Of a DNA stretch of 64,000 nt, positions 31,137-41,835 are shown one piece after another. A program made the translations under genes and the position numbers. Under the pieces are notes generated by a model. It was not told the DNA's origin. It saw only the letters and a list, made by a program, of their open reading frames with translations, and did not search any database. Source of the stretch: an uncultured Methanoregulaceae archaeon. Its GTDB lineage: Archaea; Halobacteriota; Methanomicrobia; Methanomicrobiales; Methanospirillaceae. Positions within the stretch are counted from its first letter, which is position 1, and each line of letters starts with the position of its first letter. The stretch lies in assembly GCA_963737635.1 (NCBI GenBank), contig CAVTTL010000001.1, positions 1,888,001 through 1,952,000 on the forward strand, in the 5' to 3' direction.

Positions 31137-33740
31137 GTGCAGGAAATGGACGACAAGCGCCCCAATACGCATAACCAGAAAACCACCGATTTCGCGTTCC
31201 ACACGGCGACGGAGGCAGAGGTCATGGCAACCCTTAAGACCTCAGATCATGGCCTTACCTCAGCTGAAGCTTCCGCACGGCTTGAACAGTACGGGCCAAA
31301 CGATGTCGCCCGGATCCGCCAGCGTCCGATTATACTGCAGTTCCTTGAGCACTTTAAAAATTTCCTCGTGATCATCCTTCTGTTCGCCGCTGTAATCTCC
31401 GCATTCACTGGTGGGATCATCAGTGCCGTAATCATCATCATTATCGTGCTCATCAGTGTCACCATCGATTTTTTCCAAGAATACAAAGCCGGGCATGCAG
31501 CTGAACTGCTCCGGAAGAAAATTATAACCAACGCGACGGTCCTCCGGAACGGTAAGGAACAGGAACTACCCATTTTCGATCTCGTTCCCGGTGATATTAT
31601 CTCCCTGTCTGCCGGGGATATCGTTCCGGCAGATGCCCGGATGCTGTCAGGCCGGGATTTATACGTAAACCAGTCCGCCCTGACCGGTGAACCCTACCCC
31701 GTCGAGAAGATGCCATCGGTCCCGGATCCGGCAAAATCCCTGACAGAAGCGGAGAACTATATTTTCCTTGGGACATCGGTCGTAAGCGGCACCGCTACTG
31801 CTGTCGTGACAAAGACCGGCCCTGCTACGGAATTTGGCAGTGTCGCAAAGACCCTTGTAGCACGTCCCCCGGAGACAGAGTTCGAACGCGGCCTCAAGCA
31901 CTTCAGTTACCTGATGACACAGTTTGTGTTTTCCCTCGTTGTCTTTGTGTTCTTCGTCAACGCTCTTTTCAAACATGACATCCTTGAGTCGCTGCTCTTT
32001 TCTGTTGCCCTTGCGGTCGGGATGGTGCCCGAACTTCTCCCGATGATACTTTCCCTCAACCTTTCAAAGGGCGCCATTGCGATGTCAGAGAAGGGAGCTA
32101 TCGTCAAACACCCGGCATCGATCCAGAACTTCGGGAGCATGGACGTGCTATGTACCGACAAGACCGGCACACTGACCGAGAACCAGATTGCCCTTGTCTG
32201 CCACCTCGATACTGAAGGAAACGACAGCGAGACGGTGCTCACCTATTCGTATATCAACAGCGTTTTCAGCACCGGGCTCAAAAGCCCACTCGATGAAGCA
32301 GTGCTCCGGTTCCGGCACCTCGATATCAGCGATTGTACCAAGATCGACGAGATCCCGTTCGATTTTGTCCGGAAGAGAGTATCTGTCGTTGCAACGACGA
32401 AAGATGGTGCAATCATCGTCTCCAAAGGGGCACCAGAGGAGGTCCTGCGCATCTGCACGGCAGAAGAGCGGGGAGGTATCGTCCAGCCGCTTGACGATCA
32501 GGCCAGAACACGGATCCAGCAGATCTATGAAAAACAGAGTGAGCAGGGGTTCCGGACGCTCGCGGTCTGTTACCGGAAGCTCAAGACTGCCCAGACCGTC
32601 TTTTCCGTCGATGATGAAAAAGAGATGGTCCTTGTGGGCCTCATCACCTTTATTGACCCCCCCAAGGAGAGCGCCAAAGAATCCATTGAACTTCTTGCCC
32701 GGTCCCGGATCGAACTCAAGATCCTCACCGGGGACAACGAACTCGTGACCCGCAAGACCTGCGAACTGATCGGGCTTCCGGTAAAAGGGGTCCTTACCGG
32801 TGCCGAGATCGAAAACCTCGATACCGAGGGACTCGCCCGGGTGGTTGATGGCATAACCATATTCTCCCGGATGACGCCGGTCCAGAAAAACCGGGTCATG
32901 AATGCCTTCAAGCGCAACGGCCACGTTGTCGGGTTCATGGGCGACGGGATCAATGATGCCCCTTCAATCAGGGAAGCAGACGTCGGTATCTCGGTCGCAA
33001 ACGCGGTCGACATTGCAAAAGAATCCGCCGACATCATCCTGTTGAAAAACGATCTCTGCATCCTCCACGACGGGGTTATAGAAGGGAGAAAGACCGTCGG
33101 CAATACCATGAAGTATATCCTGATGAATACGAGTTCCAATTTCGGGAACATGTTCAGTGTGGCGGGGGCATCACTTTTCCTTCCCTTCCTTCCGATGCTG
33201 CCGATCCAGATCCTGCTCAACAACCTTCTCTACAGTATTTCGCAGGTAGCCATTCCCACGGACAATGTGGATCCTGTCTATACCGCTTCTCCCAAGACAT
33301 GGGATATCAGGTTCATCAAGGATTTCACGATATTATTTGGCCCGCTCAGTTCGGTCTTCGATTTTATCACCTTTTTCGTCCTGCTCTATATTTTCGAGGC
33401 GAATTCTGCCCTCTTCCAGACCTCCTGGTTTATCGAATCCATCTGTACCCAGACGCTGATCGTCTTTGTCATCAGGACGCGGCTGGTACCGTTTTACAAG
33501 AGTAAACCGAGCCGGCTGTTAATCCTCTGTGCGGTTGTAATTACCGCTGTCGGTTGCATACTGCCCTTTACTATACTCGGGGCGTTCTTTGGCTTCGTAC
33601 AGCCCCCGCTTGCATTCTTTGGCGTGCTGATCTGCCTTGTGCTCGGATACATTCTCCTTGTTGAATTGGCGAAGGTGTGGTTCTACCGGAGATATGCCGT
33701 TTTTATTGAAAAGAAAAAACCTGCCGCCATCCCACAGTAA
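31137..33740 (+). CDS. mgtA: Mg2+-translocating P-type ATPase
   Basis: LTGE, VGMVPELLP, DKTGT, DEIPFDF.RKR, KGAPE, GDGINDAP, SSNFGNMFS. Confidence 0.92.
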   Translation: MQEMDDKRPNTHNQKTTDFAFHTATEAEVMATLKTSDHGLTSAEASARLEQYGPNDVARIRQRPIILQFLEHFKNFLVIILLFAAVISAFTGGIISAVIIIIIVLISVTIDFFQEYKAGHAAELLRKKIITNATVLRNGKEQELPIFDLVPGDIISLSAGDIVPADARMLSGRDLYVNQSALTGEPYPVEKMPSVPDPAKSLTEAENYIFLGTSVVSGTATAVVTKTGPATEFGSVAKTLVARPPETEFERGLKHFSYLMTQFVFSLVVFVFFVNALFKHDILESLLFSVALAVGMVPELLPMILSLNLSKGAIAMSEKGAIVKHPASIQNFGSMDVLCTDKTGTLTENQIALVCHLDTEGNDSETVLTYSYINSVFSTGLKSPLDEAVLRFRHLDISDCTKIDEIPFDFVRKRVSVVATTKDGAIIVSKGAPEEVLRICTAEERGGIVQPLDDQARTRIQQIYEKQSEQGFRTLAVCYRKLKTAQTVFSVDDEKEMVLVGLITFIDPPKESAKESIELLARSRIELKILTGDNELVTRKTCELIGLPVKGVLTGAEIENLDTEGLARVVDGITIFSRMTPVQKNRVMNAFKRNGHVVGFMGDGINDAPSIREADVGISVANAVDIAKESADIILLKNDLCILHDGVIEGRKTVGNTMKYILMNTSSNFGNMFSVAGASLFLPFLPMLPIQILLNNLLYSISQVAIPTDNVDPVYTASPKTWDIRFIKDFTILFGPLSSVFDFITFFVLLYIFEANSALFQTSWFIESICTQTLIVFVIRTRLVPFYKSKPSRLLILCAVVITAVGCILPFTILGAFFGFVQPPLAFFGVLICLVLGYILLVELAKVWFYRRYAVFIEKKKPAAIPQ

Positions 33741-33833
33741 CTCCGGCATACCCTTTTTTATTAGGCGAACATTAAAAAACCGGCACGATCTACCTATTGA
33801 CTGACCAGTCAATTCAGAAAGTAAGGTGTTCCC

Positions 33834-35072
33834 ATGCTCTATGGTACTGTTCCAAAAACCGGTGACAAGCTCTCCATCCTCGGCTTCGGCTGCATGCGCT
33901 ACCCGTCGAAAAACCGGGGCATTGATGAAGAGCGGACGATCCGCCAGATCCGCCACGCGATCGATAACGGCGTCAATTATTTCGACACTGCCCCGGTCTA
34001 CCACCTGGGAAAAAGCGAACCGCTCCTTGCAAAGGCGCTCCAGGACGGGTACCGTGAGAAGGTGAAGATCGCAACAAAACTCCCGCCTTGGTCGGTGCGG
34101 GAGCGAACCGACATGGACCGGATTCTCGCAAAGCAGCTGGCCACGCTCCAGACCGATCATATCGACTATTACCTGCTCCACGGTCTTGCAGGAGAGAGCT
34201 GGGAGAAACTCCTGCGGCTCGGCGTGCTCGAATTCCTCGAAAAGGCTCAGGCATCCGGGAAGATCAAAAATGCCGGTTTCTCGTTCCACGGGAATTTCGA
34301 TGCCTTCAAAACGATCGTAGATGCGTACGACTGGCAGTTCTGCCAGATCCAGTACAATCTCCTTGATGAGAACAACCAGGCCGGAACAGCCGGGCTCCGG
34401 TATGCCGCAGAAAAGAAGCTCGCTGTTATGGTAATGGAACCGCTGCGGGGGGGCAGCCTTGCCGGCCATGTACCTGAAGAAGTACAGAAGATCTATGATC
34501 AGGCTCCGGTAAAAAGATCGGCGGCCGAATGGGCCCTGCGCTGGGTACTTGACCACCCGGAGGTGACCGTCGTCCTCTCGGGCATGAACGATGAGTCCCA
34601 CATAGATGAGAATATCCGCATGGCGGGTACTGCCCTTCCCCAGTCACTCTCACCCGAAGACTGTGCCGTCCTTGATACGGCAAAAGCAGCATTCAAGCGG
34701 CTCATGAAAGTCGGCTGCACCGGATGCGGGTACTGCATGCCCTGCCCGGCAGGAGTCGACATCCCGGGCTGTTTTGCACTCTACAATGACCGCCACCTTT
34801 TCCCAAAAGACAAAAGTCCGCGTTTCCAGTACATCGGCCATCACGGCGGCCTCTTAAACAAACCCTCGAACGCCGGCCTCTGCAGGGATTGCGGGAAGTG
34901 CGAGAAAGCCTGTCCCCAGCACCTGCCGATCCCGGGTCTGCTCAAGGACGTGAAGGCCGATATGGAGGGCATGATGATGGTGATCGTACCGGTCCTCAAA
35001 GGAGGCCTGTGGTGCATGAGCACGGCATCACGCGTTCGTTCGTTCTTCTCCCGGGAGAAGGCCCATGGATGA
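33834..35072 (+). CDS. Aldo/keto reductase with C-terminal 4Fe-4S domain
   Basis: LGFGCMR, YFDTA..Y, ATKLP, CTGCGYCMPCP, CRDCGKCEKACP. Confidence 0.9.
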   Translation: MLYGTVPKTGDKLSILGFGCMRYPSKNRGIDEERTIRQIRHAIDNGVNYFDTAPVYHLGKSEPLLAKALQDGYREKVKIATKLPPWSVRERTDMDRILAKQLATLQTDHIDYYLLHGLAGESWEKLLRLGVLEFLEKAQASGKIKNAGFSFHGNFDAFKTIVDAYDWQFCQIQYNLLDENNQAGTAGLRYAAEKKLAVMVMEPLRGGSLAGHVPEEVQKIYDQAPVKRSAAEWALRWVLDHPEVTVVLSGMNDESHIDENIRMAGTALPQSLSPEDCAVLDTAKAAFKRLMKVGCTGCGYCMPCPAGVDIPGCFALYNDRHLFPKDKSPRFQYIGHHGGLLNKPSNAGLCRDCGKCEKACPQHLPIPGLLKDVKADMEGMMMVIVPVLKGGLWCMSTASRVRSFFSREKAHG

Positions 35073-35132
35073 GTCTTTCGGGGCATCTGTCTCTACGGTC
35101 ATCCCGTCTGACCAAGGAGAGGAGGCGTCTCT

Positions 35133-35786
35133 TTGGTGAAGCACGCGGAACCGGCACCCGACAAACGGGACGCTATTCTTGAAACCGCACTCGTACTCTT
35201 CTGCGAACGTGGGTTTTACGGCACGCCAACCTCGCTGATCTCGCGGGAGGCCGGCGTCGCGACCGGGACCCTCTTTTTCTATTTCCCCACAAAGGAAGAG
35301 CTGATCGATACCTTGTACCGGCAGATCAAGAGTGAAGCCGGTAAAGCCCTCAGGGCCGGCGTAGACCAAGAGCCAACCACAAAAGAAAAACTGTGCAGGG
35401 TCTGGGAGAATGCAGTCGCGTGGGCACTGGAAAATCCGCAGCGGTGCAGGTTCATGGAGCAGTTCGCTCACTCGCCGTTTGTCTCCTCGACCGCACAGGA
35501 AGAAGGCATGTCGCATTTCCTTTTCATGCTTGAGCTGGTTCGGGACGGGATAGAGGAAGGGATCATCCGGGACTACGACCCGCTCCTCCTCTGCTCGATC
35601 TTGGCGGCCTCTCTTTCCGCTCTCGCTCCCCAGATCATAGCGACGCCGGACCCGGAGAAACGAGTTCTCCTTATCCGGCAGGGGTACGCGTTTCTCTGGA
35701 ACGGCATCGCAACCGATTCCACAACCGGGAAACCCCGCACCCATGGCCATGTGACGGTAAAGAAAAAGAGGAGCCGGCAACCATGA
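35133..35786 (+). CDS. TetR/AcrR-family regulator
   Basis: ILETALVLF.ERGF..T....ISREAGVATGTLFFYFPTKEEL. Confidence 0.9.
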   Translation: MVKHAEPAPDKRDAILETALVLFCERGFYGTPTSLISREAGVATGTLFFYFPTKEELIDTLYRQIKSEAGKALRAGVDQEPTTKEKLCRVWENAVAWALENPQRCRFMEQFAHSPFVSSTAQEEGMSHFLFMLELVRDGIEEGIIRDYDPLLLCSILAASLSALAPQIIATPDPEKRVLLIRQGYAFLWNGIATDSTTGKPRTHGHVTVKKKRSRQP

Positions 35787-35948
35787 CTGAGATAACGATC
35801 CGGACTTTGACCGCACACTATCACCCATATACCACTCTGGTGAACCACCCATGATTGACTCTGCTTATCTCTCCACTTCCCGGGAAGCATATCCCGGATA
35901 CCTGTCCTGCACGCTGATTCCATGCTTTGTGTCCACCGGAGGCCGGCC

Positions 35949-36677
35949 ATGACCGAGCTCGTCATAGCGGCAAAAGGTCTTACAAAAATGTACGGTGACC
36001 TGACCGCCGTCGACCACGTCGACCTCTCGGTTGAAAAGGGAGCGCTCTTTGGGCTGCTGGGCCCGAACGGCTCCGGCAAATCGACCATGATCAAGATGCT
36101 GACCGGCCAGATCCGGCCGACTGCCGGCACAGCAACCGTGCTCGGCCTTGATGTACAACAGGACCCTATCGGTGTCCGGGAACGGGTCGGTATCATCCCT
36201 GAGCAGGAGACGCCACCGAGTTTTCTTACCGCGACCGAGTACCTCAGGTTCGTGGGCGCGATCCGGAAGATCCCCGATATCAATGAGCGGGCCGCGTGGT
36301 GGTTTGACTTCCTTGATTTCAAGGACAAAAAAGATGTGCTCTGTAAAGACCTCTCGCGGGGGACACGGCAGAAACTGATGTTTGCCCAGGCATTTATCCA
36401 CAAACCAACTCTTGCGCTTATCGATGAACCACTCATCAACTTCGACCCGATCATGCAACGCGTCGTCAAGGATTATCTTATAGAATACGTAAAAGCCGGT
36501 AACACGGTCTTCCTCTCTACCCATATCCTTGAAGTAGCCGAGGAGATCTGCTCGGGTTTTGCGATCCTGCACAAAGGAAACCTCCTCTATTCCGGGAAGG
36601 TCTGCGATCTTACTGCAGAAGACCGTCACCTTGACGACTTCTTCCTTGCGCTCGTGCAGAGGGGCGGCAATGTTTGA
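35949..36677 (+). CDS. ABC exporter ATP-binding subunit
   Basis: GPNGSGKST, LSRG, LIDEP, STH. Confidence 0.9.
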   Translation: MTELVIAAKGLTKMYGDLTAVDHVDLSVEKGALFGLLGPNGSGKSTMIKMLTGQIRPTAGTATVLGLDVQQDPIGVRERVGIIPEQETPPSFLTATEYLRFVGAIRKIPDINERAAWWFDFLDFKDKKDVLCKDLSRGTRQKLMFAQAFIHKPTLALIDEPLINFDPIMQRVVKDYLIEYVKAGNTVFLSTHILEVAEEICSGFAILHKGNLLYSGKVCDLTAEDRHLDDFFLALVQRGGNV

Positions 36678-38077
36678 ACTCTTCATCGCGATGGTCAAGG
36701 AAGAGTGGCGGATCCACTCGACGATGTTTGGGAGCCTCTCGTTTGCGCTTTTTCCGGCCCTCATTTTCTGGATCGCGTTCATGGGATCGTTTCTTCTCCC
36801 GCTGATGCGAAAGAGCCTGCCTTCCGGGGAACTCTCGCTTGTGCTCCACGCAAACTACCTGATGCTTGGCTTTATGGTGGGGGCTTTTGGCCTTATGGGG
36901 GCCGAAGTCATGAACCGCCGGTTCGGGCAGGCAAGCCTGCTTCCCTACGCTGCCCGGAGCCTGCCGCTCTCTGAACGATTTATCTTCGCAAACTTTGTCG
37001 TAAAGGACACCCTCTATTATTTCGTCCTCTGGGTGCTCCCGCTTTCGCTTGGCTTCCTGCTTGCCTCACCCTTCATTGGCGTCCCGGTCACGCTTCCGCT
37101 GCTGCTATCCCTTACCCTCACGCTCTCGTTCCTTTTTGGTCTCTGTGCCGTCTTTTTCCTCTCCTCTTTATATTCGCGATCGAAATCTGCGCTTGCGGCT
37201 GTCCTTATCGCTCTTGTGGCTGCTGCAGCTGCTCTTGCCCTCCTGACCGGCCAGGACCCGGCCCGGTACTTCCCCCCGCTGATGCTCTTTACCGCGTTTT
37301 CGTGGTTGAATCTTATCTTCTCGTGTGCGGCACTTGCGGTTCTCTTTTCTGTCTCGATCTGGCTTTTTTCACCCGAGACGACCGGGACGACAAAACACTA
37401 TGCCGATATGCTTACGCCTCTGTCCGGAAAACTGTCTTTCTTTCCCACGCCGCCTCTTGCCGCAAAGGACCTCATCGATATGTACCGGAGCGGGGGTATG
37501 GTGGGCCAGACGCTTTTTTCCTTTGTCATCCCGCTCGTAGTGATCTGGTTTTTCCTCTCGCTGCTCAACGGCTACCTCCCTTCATATGGCGTGCTCTTGG
37601 AATTTGCGCTTGTAACAGGCGTAATCGCGTCGACGATGTATACATGGCTTACGATGTTTGACACATTTGGCGCCTATGCCTGCCTGCCGGTCAGTGTCCG
37701 CACCGTCATAAAAAGCAAAATAGCGAGCTTCTCGGTCCTCCAGTCTGATTCCTGCGGTCTTTGTTGCTCTTGCCGCCCTGCTCTCCGGGCAGGTGTTCTA
37801 CCTGCTCCCGGCGGTCGTGCTCTGCCTTTCGGTCTCGTTCTACAGCCTCGGGATTACGATCTGGCTGACCGGTCTTGCGCCCAGCGTCCTTGTCTATAAT
37901 GTAAAGGTGATGGTGACGTACCTTGTCCTGATCGGAATAGTACTCGTCACTCTCTCCGCAGTTGCGTTTGCGACACCTTTTGCCGCCCTTGGCGCTATCA
38001 TCCTCTTTGTCCCCGCCGCTTTTTTTGCCCGGCTGGGCTTTGCGAAGTGGGAGGCACGCGAGCAGCCCGGGTTCTGA
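36670..38077 (+). CDS. ABC-2-type permease (frameshift near 37745)
   Basis: Many TM helices; overlaps the ATPase; continues in ORF 37793-38077. Confidence 0.75.
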
Positions 38078-38150
38078 TCTCCTTTTTTTCGCCCGGGGTT
38101 TCCCGGTATAGGAGCAAATCTTTGTATTATTTGCAGACAATAGCAGCATA

Positions 38151-39191
38151 ATGACGTTTCCTGAGACCCACTCCGGTACCGAGCGCCTCCTGTTCCTCCT
38201 TGCCCTTTTTGTGATCATCATTATTGGCATCAGGATAATCGAAACGCCCATAACTATTGTCCTGGTTTCACTGGTGCTTACGCTGCTGCTTTATCCTGCG
38301 ACGCTCTGGCTCCGCACAAAAGGCCTTTCAGCGGCAGCTGCGGTCGGCGTGGTGACGGTGGTCTCGATAGTCTGCATCATTTTTGTCCTGGTCCTGACCG
38401 TCTCATCGTTCAACGTGATCATTGCCGACCTGCCGCAATACCAGAGCGATCTGGCTCTCCGGTTATCAGACATCACGGCTTTCCTCTCGGTACACGGCAT
38501 TAATCCCGGGCGTCTTTTCGCTGCAACCCCCCTTCTCGCAAATAACATCCCGGCGCTGGCCTCATCTCTCATGGATCTCGGCGAGGATATCGTCGACGTC
38601 TTTTTTGTTGCCGTTACGACGTTTTTCATGCTGCTTGCGGCACCACAGATGATCGAAAGAGTCGAATCGCTCTTGCACGATCAGCCGGGAAAACTCCGTC
38701 ATCTCTCGCGGATGAGCGGTTTTGTGGTCGATTTTATGGTCGTACGCACGGAGACTAACTTCGTCCACAGTGTGCTTTTTGGGGGCGTGCTTGCCATTAT
38801 GGGCGTCCACGCCGCGATCCTCTGGGGGGTACTGACGTTTGTCCTGTGCTACATCCCGTATTTTGGCCTCATTCTTGCAGCGATCCCGGCAATCTTCTTT
38901 GCCTGGCTCCAGTTTGGGGTCTGGGGGGCAGTCGCGGTCATTGCCGTGGTCTGCATCCTCAACCTGATCGTAGAGAACCCGGTCTTCTCGTACCTTGCGG
39001 CACGCAGGTTTGAGATACCGGCGCTTGTAGTGATCCTCTCGGTAATTTTCTGGGGCTGGCTGTTTGGCTTTGCCGGGTTGCTTTTCTCGGTTCCCTTTAC
39101 CCTGATGACGGTCACCCTCATTGAATTCAGCGACGACCTCCGCTGGGTCAACACGTTGCTTGGCTTTGAGCATTTGTTTGAAGAGAAATAG
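38151..39191 (+). CDS. AI-2E family transporter
   Basis: Multi-TM; LCYIPYFG, ENPV, FWGWLFG..G..FSVP. Confidence 0.85.
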   Translation: MTFPETHSGTERLLFLLALFVIIIIGIRIIETPITIVLVSLVLTLLLYPATLWLRTKGLSAAAAVGVVTVVSIVCIIFVLVLTVSSFNVIIADLPQYQSDLALRLSDITAFLSVHGINPGRLFAATPLLANNIPALASSLMDLGEDIVDVFFVAVTTFFMLLAAPQMIERVESLLHDQPGKLRHLSRMSGFVVDFMVVRTETNFVHSVLFGGVLAIMGVHAAILWGVLTFVLCYIPYFGLILAAIPAIFFAWLQFGVWGAVAVIAVVCILNLIVENPVFSYLAARRFEIPALVVILSVIFWGWLFGFAGLLFSVPFTLMTVTLIEFSDDLRWVNTLLGFEHLFEEK

Positions 39192-39200
39192 ATCGAATGG
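39067..39200. repeat. Direct repeat copy 1 (3' end of AI-2E gene)
   Basis: Recurs at 43492-43622; shared block gtcaccctcattgaattcagcgacgacctccgctgg. Confidence 0.9.
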
Positions 39201-39368
39201 ATCAGACCTAGGTCCGGGGGTATCTGTCTCGGCACCAAAAGAGAGGGAAAGGTCGGATAAACTCCGGCTTTTTTTTATTTATCCGGCGATCACTAGGACA
39301 GAACAGCGAGGCTGCCATTGCGTGAAATATTCCAGGCACTCTTGGCCAGAGAATGTAAAAGGAGGAAG

Positions 39369-40283
39369 TCACGGTAGTTTCTCGAGAAAGACTTCTGCGT
39401 TTCCACCAGCGTCCAGTATTCTTATCAGTTCTTCGTAGGTTGGGTCACGTTCACCATACCCCGCATACCCGAACTTTTTGCCGATCCAATTGAGAAGCCC
39501 CATGGATGTATAATTCCACGACTCAGGTTCGCAAAACATTTTTTTAATAACAAATCCGTTCGCTTTCAGGGTACGTATCATTTCATCACGGTCATCTCTT
39601 GGCATACTTGGTGAAGCGTGAAACTCGATAAAGAGTCTGAGACGAGGGAGTTTCAACGTTTCAGATGCGCCTTTGATAATATGGTATTCATACCCCTCAA
39701 CGTCCATCCGCACGAACGTCGGTTGCGGTATGCCGTAGTCCCAGATAAGGGTGTCAAGAGTACGCATTTCAACTCGCTCGTGACCGATAATATTAGCCTC
39801 ATCTTGTATCGTAAACGATGACCAGTTGGATTGGTTGGTAAGGGTTATGTCATCATACCCATTAAAACTCCCAACGGCACAGTGGATCGTTTCGATCTTC
39901 ATGTTGTTGAGCGCGATATTCGTTTTTAGCCGTTGGTGATTGGCTGAAACCGGTTCGATTGCATAAATGGTTTTACACTGCGGTGCTTCAAGGAGGGCAT
40001 AGTACCCGATATTCACTCCAATGTCAATAACCACGTCATCCTCTTTCACTGTTGATTTCACATACTCAACCGAAAAAAATTCCCGATTTCTTATGAAAAG
40101 CAGATCCTTTGAAAGTCCCGGATCGGTCAGATCTAATTTCACGATGTAGTTGTGGATATGGATAATCGGATCCTCATGATGAATCCTTGTATAAAACCAA
40201 AAACGAAAATCATTCCACACCCGGTTCTTAACATAAACCAGCGAAAATACGTTCTTCCAGAATTTTTTTGAGATATCATCCAC
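39369..40283 (-). CDS. FkbM-family SAM-dependent methyltransferase
   Basis: IDIGVNIGYY, AIEP, TLD, RMDVEGYE; visibly AT-richer than its neighbours. Confidence 0.85.
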   Translation of the reverse strand: MDDISKKFWKNVFSLVYVKNRVWNDFRFWFYTRIHHEDPIIHIHNYIVKLDLTDPGLSKDLLFIRNREFFSVEYVKSTVKEDDVVIDIGVNIGYYALLEAPQCKTIYAIEPVSANHQRLKTNIALNNMKIETIHCAVGSFNGYDDITLTNQSNWSSFTIQDEANIIGHERVEMRTLDTLIWDYGIPQPTFVRMDVEGYEYHIIKGASETLKLPRLRLFIEFHASPSMPRDDRDEMIRTLKANGFVIKKMFCEPESWNYTSMGLLNWIGKKFGYAGYGERDPTYEELIRILDAGGNAEVFLEKLP

Positions 40284-40515
40284 TGTTTCACTTCCACGAT
40301 TGCAAAAATTGGTGAGTTGTTTTTTGATCGCATGACTTTTTGATTATCATATGAGACATAATGTTATTTATAATTTACAAAAAGAATGCTTTTGCATCTA
40401 TCATTGGCAGTGAATTTTTCACTTCCGGATCCGGACAATAATTCCGGCATTTCCCTTCGGAAGACATAAACTTATAAAAGGATTTGTCCTCTTCTAAGGA
40501 AAGGTGCGCCTCATC

Positions 40516-41718
40516 ATGATCTCGGTTCTCTATGTCGATGATATGCCCGCCCTGCTTGAGATCGGCAAACACTTTCTTGAGGAGAGCGGTCAGTTCGATG
40601 TTGATGTTATTTCCTCTGCACCGGCCGCACTTGCTCGGCTGAAAACAAAGACCTACGATGCCATCATCTCGGATTACCAGATGCCGGAGATGGATGGCAT
40701 CGAATTTTTGAAAAACGTCAGGGATTCGGAAAATACCATCCCGTTTATCCTTTTCACCGGCCGGGGTCGGGAAGAAGTTGTCATCCAGGCCCTGAATGAA
40801 GGGGCAGATTTCTATCTTCAGAAAGGTGGGGAGCCGGTATCCCAGTTCGCCGAGCTCGCACATAAGGTCCGCCAGTCTGTCCAGCAGAGACAAGCAGAGG
40901 CGAACATACGTGACCTTGAACGCCGGGAAGCAGATATCATCAACTTCCTGCCGGATGCCACGTTTGCTATCGATACTAACGGCGTGGTGATCGCCTGGAA
41001 TCAAGCGATGGAGAAGATGACCGGCATCAGAGCCGACGAAATGCTCGGAAAAGGGAATTACGAGTACGCGATCCCCTTCTATGGAAAGAGGCAGCCGATC
41101 CTGATCGATTTGATCTATGAATCTGACGAGGTTATTGATAAGCACTATTCGAATATCATTCACGAGAACGACACCCTTATTGCCGATACTACGACCCCTA
41201 GGCCGAACGGGAAGTCGCTTACCTTTATGGGCAAGGCAAGCCCGCTCTACAACCGGCAAGGCGATATTATCGGTGCGATCGAGTCCATCCGCGATATCAC
41301 GGAATTAAAAAGGGCTGAAGAAGCCTTACGCCATGCAAAAAGAGACTGGGAAATTATCTTCCGTACTATCGGCAGTCCCGTGATGGTTCTCGATGCAAAT
41401 AATGGGATCATCGATGCCAACGATGCGACACTCAACGTTGCCGGAAAGACGCTTGACGATCTGAAGGGAAAACGCTGCTACGAAGTGTTCCATACGCAGG
41501 ACCCCCGGCCTCCCGACAACTGTCCGTTCGAGCAGCTCAAGAAGACGGGCAGAACTGAGATTTCGGCTACGGACATCAATGCATTAAACGGCTACTATGT
41601 GGTGAATTGCACGCCGGTCTATGATACCGCCGGCCATCTTGAAAAGGTGATCCATATTGTCACGGATGTGACCGAGCGCAGACTCGCTGAGAACAAACTC
41701 AAAAATACTCGCGAATAG
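40516..41718 (+). CDS. Receiver + PAS + PAS signalling protein (no kinase domain)
   Basis: VLYVDD, IISDYQMPEMDG, FTGRG, YLQKG; two PAS/PAC units; stop right after DVTERR. Confidence 0.85.
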   Translation: MISVLYVDDMPALLEIGKHFLEESGQFDVDVISSAPAALARLKTKTYDAIISDYQMPEMDGIEFLKNVRDSENTIPFILFTGRGREEVVIQALNEGADFYLQKGGEPVSQFAELAHKVRQSVQQRQAEANIRDLERREADIINFLPDATFAIDTNGVVIAWNQAMEKMTGIRADEMLGKGNYEYAIPFYGKRQPILIDLIYESDEVIDKHYSNIIHENDTLIADTTTPRPNGKSLTFMGKASPLYNRQGDIIGAIESIRDITELKRAEEALRHAKRDWEIIFRTIGSPVMVLDANNGIIDANDATLNVAGKTLDDLKGKRCYEVFHTQDPRPPDNCPFEQLKKTGRTEISATDINALNGYYVVNCTPVYDTAGHLEKVIHIVTDVTERRLAENKLKNTRE

Positions 41719-41835
41719 CTTGTCGCTTCCGCAGGATGGGGTTGAACCAGGGACTTGAAAAGGTAGGTATGGAGAAGCACATTTTCAAAAAAGGTTGCTC
41801 TTTGTGCCCCGACAATGCAAAGAGCACCCGGCAGC

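Noticed and set aside
30951-31137. Mg2+ riboswitch or leader peptide upstream of mgtA
   Set aside because: No recognisable M-box structure or Pro-rich leader; the region is a short divergent promoter.
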